A DNA stretch of 64,000 nt from Minisyncoccota bacterium (GCA_041389025.1 JAWKSP010000001.1:256002-320001); one strand, 5' to 3'; counted from the stretch's first letter, positions 27,833-38,371 are shown. Notes: generated by a model not told the origin, from the sequence alone. Numbers and translations are program-made.

Positions 27833-28762
27833 CGTTTCCTAATCAATACCTTGTGAACACTTGATAACTGATAAAGGTGTCTCTAAGTTTAAACCAAAGT
27901 GATGACGTTCTTCGTTATACCACTTTAGATAAGCCGGTAACTTGCGATTGATTTCTGATACTTTTGGCCACCTAAGATCAACTTCAGTCTGCAAAGTACG
28001 GTTGAAACGTTCAAGGTGAGCATTGTCATTTGGTCTTCTGACCCGAGAATGACGATGTAGCTGAGGTATTCTCTCGGTGAAATGAGTACTAAACTCAGGA
28101 CCATTATCACTTTGTATCATATAGAAAGTGAAACAAACTTCAGCTTGAGCTCTCTTTAAGAAATCAATAGCATTTCTAGTGTTGGGACTGGTATAAGCTC
28201 TAGCGTATGTCCACCTGGAATAAACATCTAAACAAGTGAAGATATAAACTCTAGTTTTATCTGTTCTCATTAGGTGAATAGTGTCTACCTGTACCAAATC
28301 ACCAAGTTTTTCAATGTCAGGGCGTGGTACTGACTGATGGAACCTCTTCCAGGGTGAACGTTTTCTAAGTAGTCCTCTACGGTCTAATGTTCGCTTAACT
28401 GAAGATAAGGATACTTCTATACCTTGTTCATCTTTTAATCTTTTGTGTACCACCTCAGCTGATCTGTTATGTTCCAATCTAATATCTACGATCTTATCTG
28501 TTATCTCCTCAGATAACTCTTTAGGATGATGTTTGGGACGACTACTTAGGGTTGGTATAGGATGAAGACCGATCTTCCTTGCTTTATCCCTCCAAACACA
28601 GATAGCACCAGGAGAGAATCCAAAGTGTCGAGCTGCTTTACGGACTCCGTGCTTATCTGTGAAAAGTACTGCGTCTCTACGAATCTTAGGCATGTTTGGG
28701 TTTGATGTGTACATAACACTACTATTTTAATAGAAGTGTTCATAAGGTATTGAACCATAACG
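27833..28762 (-). mobile_element. IS481-family insertion sequence (930 bp) with a 6-bp target duplication
   Basis: Inverted repeats 27843-27862 and 28734-28753 (19/20); TACCGC at 27827-27832 and 28763-28768; ends CGT...ACG. Confidence 0.9.
27839..28714 (-). CDS. IS481-family DDE transposase
   Basis: VQVDT, LDVYSR, QSDNGPEF, NAHLERFNRTL, YNEERHH. Confidence 0.93.
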   Translation of the reverse strand: MYTSNPNMPKIRRDAVLFTDKHGVRKAARHFGFSPGAICVWRDKARKIGLHPIPTLSSRPKHHPKELSEEITDKIVDIRLEHNRSAEVVHKRLKDEQGIEVSLSSVKRTLDRRGLLRKRSPWKRFHQSVPRPDIEKLGDLVQVDTIHLMRTDKTRVYIFTCLDVYSRWTYARAYTSPNTRNAIDFLKRAQAEVCFTFYMIQSDNGPEFSTHFTERIPQLHRHSRVRRPNDNAHLERFNRTLQTEVDLRWPKVSEINRKLPAYLKWYNEERHHFGLNLETPLSVIKCSQGID

Positions 28763-28844
28763 TACCGCTTGACCGCTTAATGCGGTTGTAGTATTAAGGT
28801 TATAGGCAGTTTTTGTTGTTTTTCTACTTTATTGGAGAATTGTT

Positions 28845-29081
28845 ATGAAGAAAGTCTTAGTCACTCTTTTGGCATTTTTTATGGTTTTATTTTCCTCAGC
28901 ATGTGTGGTTACTCCTCCTGTGTATCGTAGTAGTTATGGGTATGGTGGTGTTTACTCTGTGTATCAGCCTAGTTATTCATACCAGATGCTATATCTGGAT
29001 CCGATTCTGGCTGGATTTGCATCAATAATTATCTCAATGCTTTTTGGGGAGGTCATCACCATCATCATTAAGAGCAAATAA
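28845..29081 (+). CDS. Small predicted lipoprotein
   Basis: GGAG SD; MKK...FSSAC lipobox; Tyr-rich. Confidence 0.65.
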   Translation: MKKVLVTLLAFFMVLFSSACVVTPPVYRSSYGYGGVYSVYQPSYSYQMLYLDPILAGFASIIISMLFGEVITIIIKSK

Positions 29082-29170
29082 ATACAAAAACAGGTTTTGT
29101 GTAGTAATCAAAACCTGTTTTTATATTTTGGTAAAAACACATTACTTAGTTTTTTTGGTATACTGATTAT

Positions 29171-29749
29171 ATGCAAATAGAATACGAAGCTACATTTACT
29201 AATATAGACAAAAACAAAATCAGAAATAGATTAAAAGAATGTGGAGCGACTTTAGAAAAAAAAGAATTTCTGCAACGTCGTACTGTTTTTAATTTACCCG
29301 TCAGTAATCCAATAAAAGGTAGCTGGATACGCGTACGTGATGAAGAAGATAAAATCACCATGAGTTTGAAGATAGTTGATGGTGATAAAATTGAAAATCA
29401 AAAAGAAATTTGTCTGATTGTAGATAAATATGATGATGCTGAAGCTTTCCTTAAAACAATTGGCTGTCAGTGGTGTGCTTATCAAGAAACAAAAAGAGAG
29501 TTATGGACATTGGATGGTGTTGAGATAACTATAGATACTTGGCCATTTTTAGAACCGTTTATTGAAATAGAAGGTGACTCGGAAGAAAGAGTAAGGAAGG
29601 TGGCTGATAAATTAGGATTTGTCTGGAATATGGCGAAATTTTGTTCGGTCGACACTCTATACAATGAAAAATACGGTATACCAATAGAGATAATAAACGA
29701 CCATACACCAAAGATTGTTTTTGATATGGAGAATCCTTTTGTAAACTAA
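29171..29749 (+). CDS. CYTH domain protein
   Basis: EYEATF, IRVRD, ETKRELW, FIEIEG. Confidence 0.9.
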   Translation: MQIEYEATFTNIDKNKIRNRLKECGATLEKKEFLQRRTVFNLPVSNPIKGSWIRVRDEEDKITMSLKIVDGDKIENQKEICLIVDKYDDAEAFLKTIGCQWCAYQETKRELWTLDGVEITIDTWPFLEPFIEIEGDSEERVRKVADKLGFVWNMAKFCSVDTLYNEKYGIPIEIINDHTPKIVFDMENPFVN

Positions 29750-30510
29750 ACTTTATTACTTTTAGGACAAAAGTCCCACATATATTGAAACCAGATGCGG
29801 TAAGAGTCAGCTAGGTTTTGGTTTTGGATAACGGTGAACATAATTTCATCCACCTCGCCTACTTGCCCTAAATACTGATGATGCATAATATTCACCCGAT
29901 CGCCAAAAATATCTATGCCGGAAGAAGTAGCGTATTTTTTAGGTAAAAATTTGTACTTATTGCCTACGTGTTGCAGTATTGGATGATTGACTTTTTTTAC
30001 TTCATAGTCAAATAGGTGGTGCATTTCTAGTTTGTTTTTCTTGATTTGCTCTAAAAACCCAGGAATAAAACTCTTTATCCGTTCGTCGAGCCAAGCGCCT
30101 TGGGCACCAATAGAATAGAAAGGCTTATTAACCAATAAAATATCTTTCATGTATTGTTTCCAGCCCTCTTTTCCTTTGTAGGTTTGTACACGGTATTCAC
30201 TTGGAGTATTAAAGTACAATTTATCCAAAAACGGTAGGGCGGTTTCTAACGCCAAAGTTTTTTCGGCCAGTATCTCTTGTAGTTTTCGTGGTTCAACTGC
30301 TTGGTAGATGTTTTCTTTGGTGTCAACAATTTCTATTACCAACCCTTTTTCCATAAGACGATTTAAAGAGTCGTAGACGTTACGGCGATGTACGCCCGAT
30401 TTTTCAGAAATTAGACTCACTGAAGAGTTACCTTTGCGGACTAAGGTCTCATATATTCTGGCTTCGTTTTTGGCTAAGCCAAGTGATTGTAGTAGGGTTT
30501 GATATTCCAT
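29746..30510 (-). CDS. TrmB-family transcriptional regulator
   Basis: LGLAKNEARIY...RRNVYDSLNRLMEKG. Confidence 0.9.
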   Translation of the reverse strand: MEYQTLLQSLGLAKNEARIYETLVRKGNSSVSLISEKSGVHRRNVYDSLNRLMEKGLVIEIVDTKENIYQAVEPRKLQEILAEKTLALETALPFLDKLYFNTPSEYRVQTYKGKEGWKQYMKDILLVNKPFYSIGAQGAWLDERIKSFIPGFLEQIKKNKLEMHHLFDYEVKKVNHPILQHVGNKYKFLPKKYATSSGIDIFGDRVNIMHHQYLGQVGEVDEIMFTVIQNQNLADSYRIWFQYMWDFCPKSNKV

Positions 30511-30615
30511 ATTTATAATTAATAATGGTGATAAATACCACTCGTGAGTGATATTTGCCACTCTTAATGTATTTGTAAGTATAGCTGTAGATATTTTTTA
30601 GTCAAAGAGAACGTT

Positions 30616-31041
30616 ATGAATAATCTACACGAATTTCAATCAGCTGTTTGGGCAATAGTAGAAAATGGGGTCTTGATTCCTAAAAACGGTAAGCAACCAA
30701 TAAAAATGGCTAAGAGTGACGCTACGGCTTTACCACTTCTGTTTGATGGTAGTGGTGAAAAACCATTTGGAGCTAGTTTGATACGCTTTACCTCTGGTGA
30801 AAAAGTGGACTTGCATACACATATCGGGTCTCATATTTTGATTGTTACCTACGGACAAGGACTATTGACCTATTTTTCAAAAGAGATAAAGCTAGGAGCG
30901 GGTATGATGTACTTGATTCCAAGTGAGGTACCGCATGCAATTAGGGCTTTATCAGAATTGGTCATTATTGCTGTCGGTAATGATTTTCGAGCTGAGGGAA
31001 GTGAAAACAGGCTTAATTTAGTGAGAGAAGACAATGGATAA
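30616..31041 (+). CDS. Cupin domain protein
   Basis: LHTH...G-G...IPSEVPHAI. Confidence 0.85.
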   Translation: MNNLHEFQSAVWAIVENGVLIPKNGKQPIKMAKSDATALPLLFDGSGEKPFGASLIRFTSGEKVDLHTHIGSHILIVTYGQGLLTYFSKEIKLGAGMMYLIPSEVPHAIRALSELVIIAVGNDFRAEGSENRLNLVREDNG

Positions 31042-31714
31042 ATTATTGGTACACAATATCGCTGGCTTTAAGGTGGTGCGTGGAGACTTAGTAAATGGCG
31101 GAATAAAACGGTTGGCATTAGAGCGAGCTTTAAGGTTTGTGAAAGAAACTAGAGTCGCTTGCTCAGTGCACGAGTATGGCCACTCGGGATTAGCTTTAGC
31201 AATAGCTGCTAGGGAGACAGGAAAGGAAGCACATATATTTCTGGCCGGTAAGCCAAAAGACACTTACATAACTGAGTATCTAAAAGATTTTCCAAATGTT
31301 TCTTTTCACTTTGCTGATAAAGTTAAAAGACAACATGAGATTGGAAATTTTGTAGAAAGATGGGTAGAGGAAAATCAAGCTTTTTATTTACCAATTGGTT
31401 TTGATTGTGAGTTGTTTAGAACTGAATTGGTAGAATTGGCTAGAGAAACTGTTCCTGATCCTAAGGAGGTGTGGGTAACAGTTGGTTCCGGTACTACTTT
31501 TGGTTGTTTAAAAGAAGCTTGGCCTAAAGCCAATATCCATGGAGTTAATTTGGGTTTTTTATCACATGATGTTGTGCATAAGGTGATTGAAGAGCTAGAT
31601 GAAGTAGCTAGAGAATTTCCACCGTATCCTTCAGCTCCTTTTTACGACGCCAAAGTCTGGCGGTTTGTGAAAAAATATGCTAGCAAAAGAGCGGTTATTT
31701 GGAATATTGCTTAA
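31034..31714 (+). CDS. Minimal fold-type II PLP-dependent enzyme
   Basis: VVRGDLVNGGIKR (PLP lysine), YGHSGLALA, TVGSGTT, YDAKVW. Confidence 0.7.
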   Translation: MDKLLVHNIAGFKVVRGDLVNGGIKRLALERALRFVKETRVACSVHEYGHSGLALAIAARETGKEAHIFLAGKPKDTYITEYLKDFPNVSFHFADKVKRQHEIGNFVERWVEENQAFYLPIGFDCELFRTELVELARETVPDPKEVWVTVGSGTTFGCLKEAWPKANIHGVNLGFLSHDVVHKVIEELDEVAREFPPYPSAPFYDAKVWRFVKKYASKRAVIWNIA

Positions 31715-31864
31715 TACTAAAACCCTTACTTAATTTACTTTAAGTAAGGGTTTTTAAAATTTAATTACATAAAGAATTCACTCCATGACTTTTTCTAGAT
31801 AATATCTCATAAAAAACACCACAGATAAACAAAAGTTTATCTGTGGTGATGTATGTTTTAACCT

Positions 31865-33172
31865 CTATTTGGAAGATTTGTAAACGAAGATCATTCTCTG
31901 TAAGATTATCTTTTGAGCTTCAGAAATTGGATATATTTTTTCATAAAGTCGTGCAAGTTTAGTAATCTTATCTGTTTGTTTGCATGCGTTACAAACAAGC
32001 ATATTGATTTTTTGTAAACATACTTTATGTAAATTATGATACCCTTCACTATTACGTCTGACATATTTAGCATTTGTTAAACATGCGTATGCTTCCATAG
32101 CTTCTGATACGTTAGTACATACTGCAATCAACTTTTTGATGATAGCAACACGATAATCTTCTCCATCAGAATCGTACTGTTTTAGATATAATTTATGAAA
32201 AATATCCAATATCTTCCTAACTTTTTTAAATGTTGTTGCTACTTTTAACTCAGATTCGAGTTTCTTAAAAAGAATAGAGTTTGTTTTTTCATAATTATAC
32301 CTTTGCTTAAATTTCAGCATTTCAGAAAGTGTATCCAGACCACCCATTTCTTGTTGTATGACTTCATTTAGACGTTCATCTAATCTGAGTAGTTTACACG
32401 CATCTTTGTCGGAAGATGTACACCATCCGTGTATTACATTAATATCATTCTCGGTAAAAACTTTATCTGCCGAAACTCTTGGTGCGATTACTTTTTCAAG
32501 CTTCTCTATCATGCTTTGTAACTTGATTTTATCGACTGGGAAGTGATCAAAACGAAGTGTGAGTAACTCATAAGCTGAGTACACTTCTTCCACACTATTT
32601 ATACTGTCTTTATTTATGGAAAAAAGCTTGAAGGCAGCGACCATAGCTCTTCCTTCTATATCTTCTTTCTTTTCGTATTCAAATAGTGTTTCCTTTGTTG
32701 GATATTTTTCACTTATACAACGAAACTCACTAAGTAATAATTCAAAACTATTTATGTTAGTGAATTTTGGTAACAGCTTAATATACTTTGATAATGCTTT
32801 TTTATATCCACGGTATCCTTCATGTCTACCCACATAATAAGCTTCTCTAGCCTCCACAAGGGTTTTTATAAGGTTTACCCGTCGTCGATAAGCTACTCTG
32901 ATAGCTTTATTTGAAGTCCCAGCTTTCTGAGCTCTAATGACCAGATCTATATCATCAATAGAGTCAATAGTTGTCTTAATTAAAAAATCAACCTTCTTCT
33001 TCACGGCCTCAATAACAAGTTCATCGGAATTGGCGTGCATGGCCAGTAACCCAATAGCACTTTCCAGAGATAATTTTTGTGAGTTTTTACTATCAAAATC
33101 ACCATTAGATGCTTCAAATAATATAGGAGGTATACCTGTTTTCTTAGCAAGTTTTTCATAAAGGGTTGTCAT
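31865..33172 (-). CDS. Hypothetical helical protein
   Basis: 435-aa ORF with AAGGAG SD. Confidence 0.7.
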   Translation of the reverse strand: MTTLYEKLAKKTGIPPILFEASNGDFDSKNSQKLSLESAIGLLAMHANSDELVIEAVKKKVDFLIKTTIDSIDDIDLVIRAQKAGTSNKAIRVAYRRRVNLIKTLVEAREAYYVGRHEGYRGYKKALSKYIKLLPKFTNINSFELLLSEFRCISEKYPTKETLFEYEKKEDIEGRAMVAAFKLFSINKDSINSVEEVYSAYELLTLRFDHFPVDKIKLQSMIEKLEKVIAPRVSADKVFTENDINVIHGWCTSSDKDACKLLRLDERLNEVIQQEMGGLDTLSEMLKFKQRYNYEKTNSILFKKLESELKVATTFKKVRKILDIFHKLYLKQYDSDGEDYRVAIIKKLIAVCTNVSEAMEAYACLTNAKYVRRNSEGYHNLHKVCLQKINMLVCNACKQTDKITKLARLYEKIYPISEAQKIILQRMIFVYKSSK

Positions 33173-33337
33173 TATCTTCTCCTTAAAGTTTAATATAATT
33201 GATTACAAGGTGTTTCTGAATGTCTTATATCATATAATTTAATCCAGTACAATGGATTGGTAATTTGGAACATTGCTTAGGTAATTTAAAACCCCGCGTC
33301 TGTTAGCAGGGTTTTGATTTGCAAAAAAAGAGACGAT

Positions 33338-33835
33338 TTATAATCCTTTGCTAATTATGTGATTTAAAAGAAAGTGTGGACCTTCCTGTAGATCAGCGGA
33401 CTCTAGTTCTGCAATACTTAACCATACTTCATTATGTTTTTTAGTTTCTTCCGTTGCGACTTCAATTTTATTACTATTTTCTGTAAGTTTAAAGAGAAAA
33501 CATTGAAAGTGAGCTAGACGGTTTTCACCTTTTGGTCCATGCCAAAACTTAGCTTTGTAAGATGGAAGTGGACTAACAAAATGTAAATCAGTGTAGCCGG
33601 TTTCTTCACTCACTTCAGCTCGTGCAGCACCTTCGGCTGTTTGTCCATTTTCTATTCCGCCGGTTACAAAAGCCAACCAATTAACATCTTTCCACTTTAG
33701 TAACAGATATTTATCGTTTATTGGGTCTCTAACAATAGCAGTAATTGCATTTCTTTTTATGGTTGGTTTATTATCACGCGGAGTATCATCTCCAGTAGCT
33801 ACAAATAATAGTTCTTTATTAGTGTTTATATTCAT
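33338..33835 (-). CDS. NUDIX hydrolase
   Basis: GGIENGQTAEGAARAEVSEETGY. Confidence 0.9.
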   Translation of the reverse strand: MNINTNKELLFVATGDDTPRDNKPTIKRNAITAIVRDPINDKYLLLKWKDVNWLAFVTGGIENGQTAEGAARAEVSEETGYTDLHFVSPLPSYKAKFWHGPKGENRLAHFQCFLFKLTENSNKIEVATEETKKHNEVWLSIAELESADLQEGPHFLLNHIISKGL

Positions 33836-33983
33836 AAATGTACCTTATTATTTAAAATTAATAACTTAAATAAACCTAGCGGTACTTAAACATGTTAAAA
33901 GTATTTTTGCTAATTAAAGTATAAATAAGACACTATTATTAAATCTAATTGGTTCTTACACACTTTAATAGTCTTTTGTATTT

Positions 33984-34796
33984 TTATTCTGTAGCTTGTT
34001 TGAAATAAGATTTGGTTTCAAAAATATCATCACCGATTTTTGTTTGGTTATTTTTAGCAAAATTTCGTTTTTGGGTGATGAGCTCGATAAAGCGAGTGTC
34101 ATCAAGTCCAGAACCTCCTCGTACTAAAGCGGTCTCACCGTCTTTTAGATCACGAAGCTTTTCAACGTATGGTAATTTACCATAGCGGGTTTCAGTTTCT
34201 CCGTCGGTGCTTATTTGGTCGGGAGTGAGAGTAGTCTTGCAGTTACCAAAATTATCTATACACCAGATAGCTGATGGTAATTCTGGTATTTCTTGTAAGT
34301 CAAAAGAAGTACTTGGAACATGATTGCCAAGCATCATAAAACTACCAATTCTGGGGGTAAAATCAAAACTGCGAAACTGACTGAAAGGAATACGTGTGGC
34401 TTCAGCTTCGGTGATGAAGTTTGCTTCTTGCATAGTTTTGGTAGCTTCATGAATATCAAATATATTTACTGTCTCAGTCAGGTTTAATTTTTTCACTGCT
34501 GAAAAAGCATAACCATCAAGTGAAGAAACCACTAAAGTTTTTTTGTACCAGAAGTAGGCGAAAGGCGTACCGTTTTCCCATTTAGCAGTTTTGTCACCAC
34601 GCGGAGCAACGTTAACCAATATCACACCTTCTTGACCACCAGTAGCGTCTAGAATATCAATCATATTCATACTGGCTTCTAAGTCGCTATCTACACCAAT
34701 AAAAGCAGGTGTAATTTTTAATAAGGAGCTAATGCGACTAGTTTGACGAGCACGAGCGTTATCGTCACGGCAATCATTTATGATGGTGGCAAACAT
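33984..34796 (-). CDS. SAM hydroxide adenosyltransferase / chlorinase (DUF62)-like protein
   Basis: LVNVAPRG, SQFRSFD, IDNFGNCKT. Confidence 0.75.
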   Translation of the reverse strand: MFATIINDCRDDNARARQTSRISSLLKITPAFIGVDSDLEASMNMIDILDATGGQEGVILVNVAPRGDKTAKWENGTPFAYFWYKKTLVVSSLDGYAFSAVKKLNLTETVNIFDIHEATKTMQEANFITEAEATRIPFSQFRSFDFTPRIGSFMMLGNHVPSTSFDLQEIPELPSAIWCIDNFGNCKTTLTPDQISTDGETETRYGKLPYVEKLRDLKDGETALVRGGSGLDDTRFIELITQKRNFAKNNQTKIGDDIFETKSYFKQATE

Positions 34797-34929
34797 GAAA
34801 TAATTTTAATAAGTAATATTAAATCTTAACAAGACAAGTCTATTGGTGCAATTCAGTAATTTTATAAATGGTCGAAAGCTTTAGCTTTCGACCATTTATA
34901 AAAAATAAAACCCCTTGGCTGAAAGGGTT

Positions 34930-34977
34930 TTATTTATTGTGATGGGAAATAGCGAGGAATACTCTGTATTTCCACAT
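34930..34977 (-). CDS. Candidate 15-aa stand-alone peptide
   Basis: TG-TATAAT promoter, GGAGGT SD, MWKYRVFLAISHHNK*, terminator immediately after. Confidence 0.5.
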   Translation of the reverse strand: MWKYRVFLAISHHNK

Positions 34978-35084
34978 AGCGTATTACCTCCGCTACTTAA
35001 GTATTATAACATACTGAAATTATTTTGGTCTTGGGGATAATATAAAACCGCCGGCTTTAGCCGGCGGTTTTATACGCAGTGAAT

Positions 35085-35357
35085 TTATTTCACTGAATCC
35101 TTTAGTGCTTTAGCGGCTCGGAATTTTGGTACACGCATAGCTGGAACGGTGACCGTTTCACCGGTTCGTGGATTTCTGGCTTCACGTTTTGCTCGAAGCT
35201 TAGCTTCAAAAATACCAAACCCAGCTACTGAAACGGCGTCACCGTCTTTCATAGCTTTTTCGATGTTACTAAAAACTGCATCGACTGCTCGTTCGGCATC
35301 AGCTTTGGTTGAACCAAGTACTTCGTGTACAGCACTGATGATGTCTGCTTTATTCAT
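35085..35357 (-). CDS. hup: DNA-binding protein HU
   Basis: MNKADII...GFGIF...ARNPRTGE...PKFRA. Confidence 0.97.
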   Translation of the reverse strand: MNKADIISAVHEVLGSTKADAERAVDAVFSNIEKAMKDGDAVSVAGFGIFEAKLRAKREARNPRTGETVTVPAMRVPKFRAAKALKDSVK

Positions 35358-35565
35358 ATAAGATTCAGATTTATTCTATGAGTGATAAAATGTGAGTGAG
35401 CAAAAAACTTACTCACGATGCCTGTATGGCTCAGGTACTATTATATAGCAACGTTTTTAAGCTGCCACGTCTTCCGAGGGGATTATTTTTGTGTTCTAAT
35501 TGATTTATGTAAAAAGTGGTTTGGCGAAGCCAAACCACTTTTTACATTTTAAACTTTGATAAATC

Positions 35566-37095
35566 TTATCGAGCGTAACTAATTACTCTAGTTTCTCTTA
35601 TCACATGAACTTTAATTTCGCCCGGATAGCGTAGATTCGATTCGATGTTAGTAGCAATCGTTCTAGCTAAATTGTGAGTATCAAAGTCATTTAGCTCAGT
35701 TGGATTTACTAGTACTCGTACTTCTCGACCAGCAGCAATAGCAAAAACTTTTTCTACTCCTTGAATGGTGGCGGCAATGGCTTCTAGGTCAGTTAATCTT
35801 TTTATATAGTTTTCAATCGAGTCTCGTCTAGCGCCTGGTCGTCCACCAGAGATAGCGTCAGCTACCTGAACTATAATGGATTCTGGTGTTTCGTATGGAT
35901 ACTCTTCATGATGGGCTCGCATTGCTAAAATAACTTTTTCATCAACACCGTATTTTTGTAAAATACGAATACCAATTTCAACATGAGTGCCGGCTACTTC
36001 ATGACTAACAGTTTTTCCGATATCGTGTAGTAAGGCTCCTGCTCTGGCAGTAGCTACATCAGCACCAATTTCTTCAGCGATAATAGCTGATAGGTGAGCC
36101 ATTTCGACCGAATGCCAAAGTACATTTTGGCCATAACTAGTACGGAAGTGTAGTCGACCAAGAATACTAACTAAGTCTGGATGAAGGTTTGGTACGTTAG
36201 CATCATAACAAGCTTTCTCACCCATTTTCTTTACTATTTTCCCAACTTCTTTACGAGCATTTTCAACTTCTTCTTCAATTCTGGCTGGTTGAATTCGACC
36301 ATCTTTTAGTAAAGCTTCCAAGGCTACTTTGGCAATTTCGCGACGAATGGGATCAAAAGAAGATAATACTATATAACCTGGAGTTTCATCGATTAAAACA
36401 TCAACACCAGTAACTCGCTCAAAAGCGCGGACATTTCTTCCTTCTTTTCCAATTACTTTACCTTTTAGGTCGTCACTTGGTATTTCTACGTTGGCAGTCA
36501 TGACATTAGTTGGCATGTTGTTGCCTACTCGATGTATGGCTGCGAGAAGAATATTTTGAGCTTTCTCTTCAAAATATTCTGTACCCAGACGTTCTATTTT
36601 TTCTAAATGAAGTCTTAAGTCTTCCTCTCTGTCTTTTTCTATTTTTTGTACAATAGAAGTATAAGCTTCTTCAGTGGTTAGACCAGCTACTTCTTCTAGT
36701 TTTTTTTCTATATCAGCTTTTCTTTCATCCAATTGGACTTTGATAGACTTAACTTCTTGTATTTTTCCTTGTAAGGCTTCTCGTTGTGAATCAATATCAA
36801 TTTGTCGGTTGTCTAAGAGTTCCTCTTTTTTTAAAAGACGATCTTCCTTAGTGGCTAGTTTTTCTTCTTGAGTTTTTCTTTCGGTTTTAGCTTCTGTTTC
36901 AATTTTGGTTGCTTTATCTTCAGCTTTTTCTACTATCTCAATCGCATGTTTTTCAGCTTCAACTAACTTTTCCTTAATTTCAATTTCAATTGATGATTTT
37001 TTGGATAAGGCTTGGAGATATCTTAGGTAATTTCCGGCTATAACTCCTAAGCCAAATACTACAACGAAAGCCAACCCTGTAATCAATGGTGACAT
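35566..37095 (-). CDS. rny: Ribonuclease Y
   Basis: N-terminal TM, coiled coil, KH (KGKVIGKEGRN), HD (LLHDIGK). Confidence 0.97.
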   Translation of the reverse strand: MSPLITGLAFVVVFGLGVIAGNYLRYLQALSKKSSIEIEIKEKLVEAEKHAIEIVEKAEDKATKIETEAKTERKTQEEKLATKEDRLLKKEELLDNRQIDIDSQREALQGKIQEVKSIKVQLDERKADIEKKLEEVAGLTTEEAYTSIVQKIEKDREEDLRLHLEKIERLGTEYFEEKAQNILLAAIHRVGNNMPTNVMTANVEIPSDDLKGKVIGKEGRNVRAFERVTGVDVLIDETPGYIVLSSFDPIRREIAKVALEALLKDGRIQPARIEEEVENARKEVGKIVKKMGEKACYDANVPNLHPDLVSILGRLHFRTSYGQNVLWHSVEMAHLSAIIAEEIGADVATARAGALLHDIGKTVSHEVAGTHVEIGIRILQKYGVDEKVILAMRAHHEEYPYETPESIIVQVADAISGGRPGARRDSIENYIKRLTDLEAIAATIQGVEKVFAIAAGREVRVLVNPTELNDFDTHNLARTIATNIESNLRYPGEIKVHVIRETRVISYAR

Positions 37096-37244
37096 AATCG
37101 ATGTTTAATTATTAAAAATTCTTTTTCTTTCTCTCGTGACAGTGAATCAGGCCTACCCTAGCAAAATTATAACAGGTTGTAAAACTAATAACTATGGTCA
37201 ATAAAAGCCCCGCGCCGTAGGCGCGGGGCTTTTATTGAGGTAAA

Positions 37245-37853
37245 TTATTTATAAATTTTATCAATAATGCCATATTTATGAGCTTCTTCAGCATCCATAA
37301 AGAAGTCTCGTTCAACATCTTGTTCGATCTTACTTAGTTTTTGACCAGTGGCTTTGGCTAACATTTTATTTAAACGGTCACGTATCTTTAGAATTTGCTT
37401 AGCAGTTATATCAATATCAGTCGCCTGTCCATGAGCTCCGCCCATCGGTTGATGAATCATTACTTCAGCATTTGGTAAGATAAAACGCTTGCCTTTGGCG
37501 CCTTGCGACAAAATCAGTGAACCCATAGAAGCGGCTAGACCAACACATACTGTCGCCACATCGGCTTTTACGTGATGCATGGTGTCGATGATGGCCATGC
37601 CGGCCGTCACACTACCGCCTGGGGAATTTACGTAAATAAAAATGTCTTTTTTCGGGTCTTCTGCTTCTAAAAAAAGTAATTGAGCTACTACTAAGTTAGC
37701 CATATGGTCTTCAATCTGTCCGGTAATAAAAATTATACGTTCTTTTAAAAGACGTGAATAAATATCAAAAGCCCGCTCACCACCTTGGGTTTTTTCAATT
37801 ACCATCGGTACCAAGGTAGCTTGTGGCAAATCTCTTTTTGTATTGTTTTCCAT
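37245..37853 (-). CDS. clpP: ATP-dependent Clp protease proteolytic subunit
   Basis: [27 protein letters not shown]. Confidence 0.98.
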   Translation of the reverse strand: MENNTKRDLPQATLVPMVIEKTQGGERAFDIYSRLLKERIIFITGQIEDHMANLVVAQLLFLEAEDPKKDIFIYVNSPGGSVTAGMAIIDTMHHVKADVATVCVGLAASMGSLILSQGAKGKRFILPNAEVMIHQPMGGAHGQATDIDITAKQILKIRDRLNKMLAKATGQKLSKIEQDVERDFFMDAEEAHKYGIIDKIYK

Positions 37854-38005
37854 AGATTTGGTAATCTTAGCAAAAGTTTTTAATAGTTACTAGATGCTAA
37901 ATGATTAATCGCCGCCCTATGATTAAAGGCGGCGATATGTGTTGGTAGGTATGGAATAGAAATTAATCGCTGGAATCTGCATCTTTAGCTTAAACCTGTA
38001 TCATA

Positions 38006-38266
38006 TCAATTTCTGCTTCTATTTTTCGCTCCTGTAGGTTTAAAATAACAATAACCAATGTCAGCTTTTTTGTTCAAATACCACTTACCGTTTTTGCTAG
38101 AACAAGCATTCTTACCCTCAGATGTATTCTTAAAAAATATTAATGAGTCTCCTGGTTCATGAGGTAATCGATTATTTGAATAATCGTAGGATGTTTTAAG
38201 TAATCCTACCGCAAGTATTACTAGCGAAATAACTGCCACCAAGAATCCTACAGCATATTTATCCAT
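38006..38266 (-). CDS. Small membrane-anchored hypothetical protein inserted between tig and clpP
   Basis: AAAGGAGGAGGT SD; N-terminal TM; two Cys. Confidence 0.65.
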   Translation of the reverse strand: MDKYAVGFLVAVISLVILAVGLLKTSYDYSNNRLPHEPGDSLIFFKNTSEGKNACSSKNGKWYLNKKADIGYCYFKPTGAKNRSRN

Positions 38267-38371
38267 TTTGAACCTCCTCCTTTAAATTAGGCTCGTTTGA
38301 TTTTGTAGCATTATTTTAGTGTAGTGTCAAAAAGCTGGGCGCCCGTAGGGCGCCCAGCTTTTTGACACATA

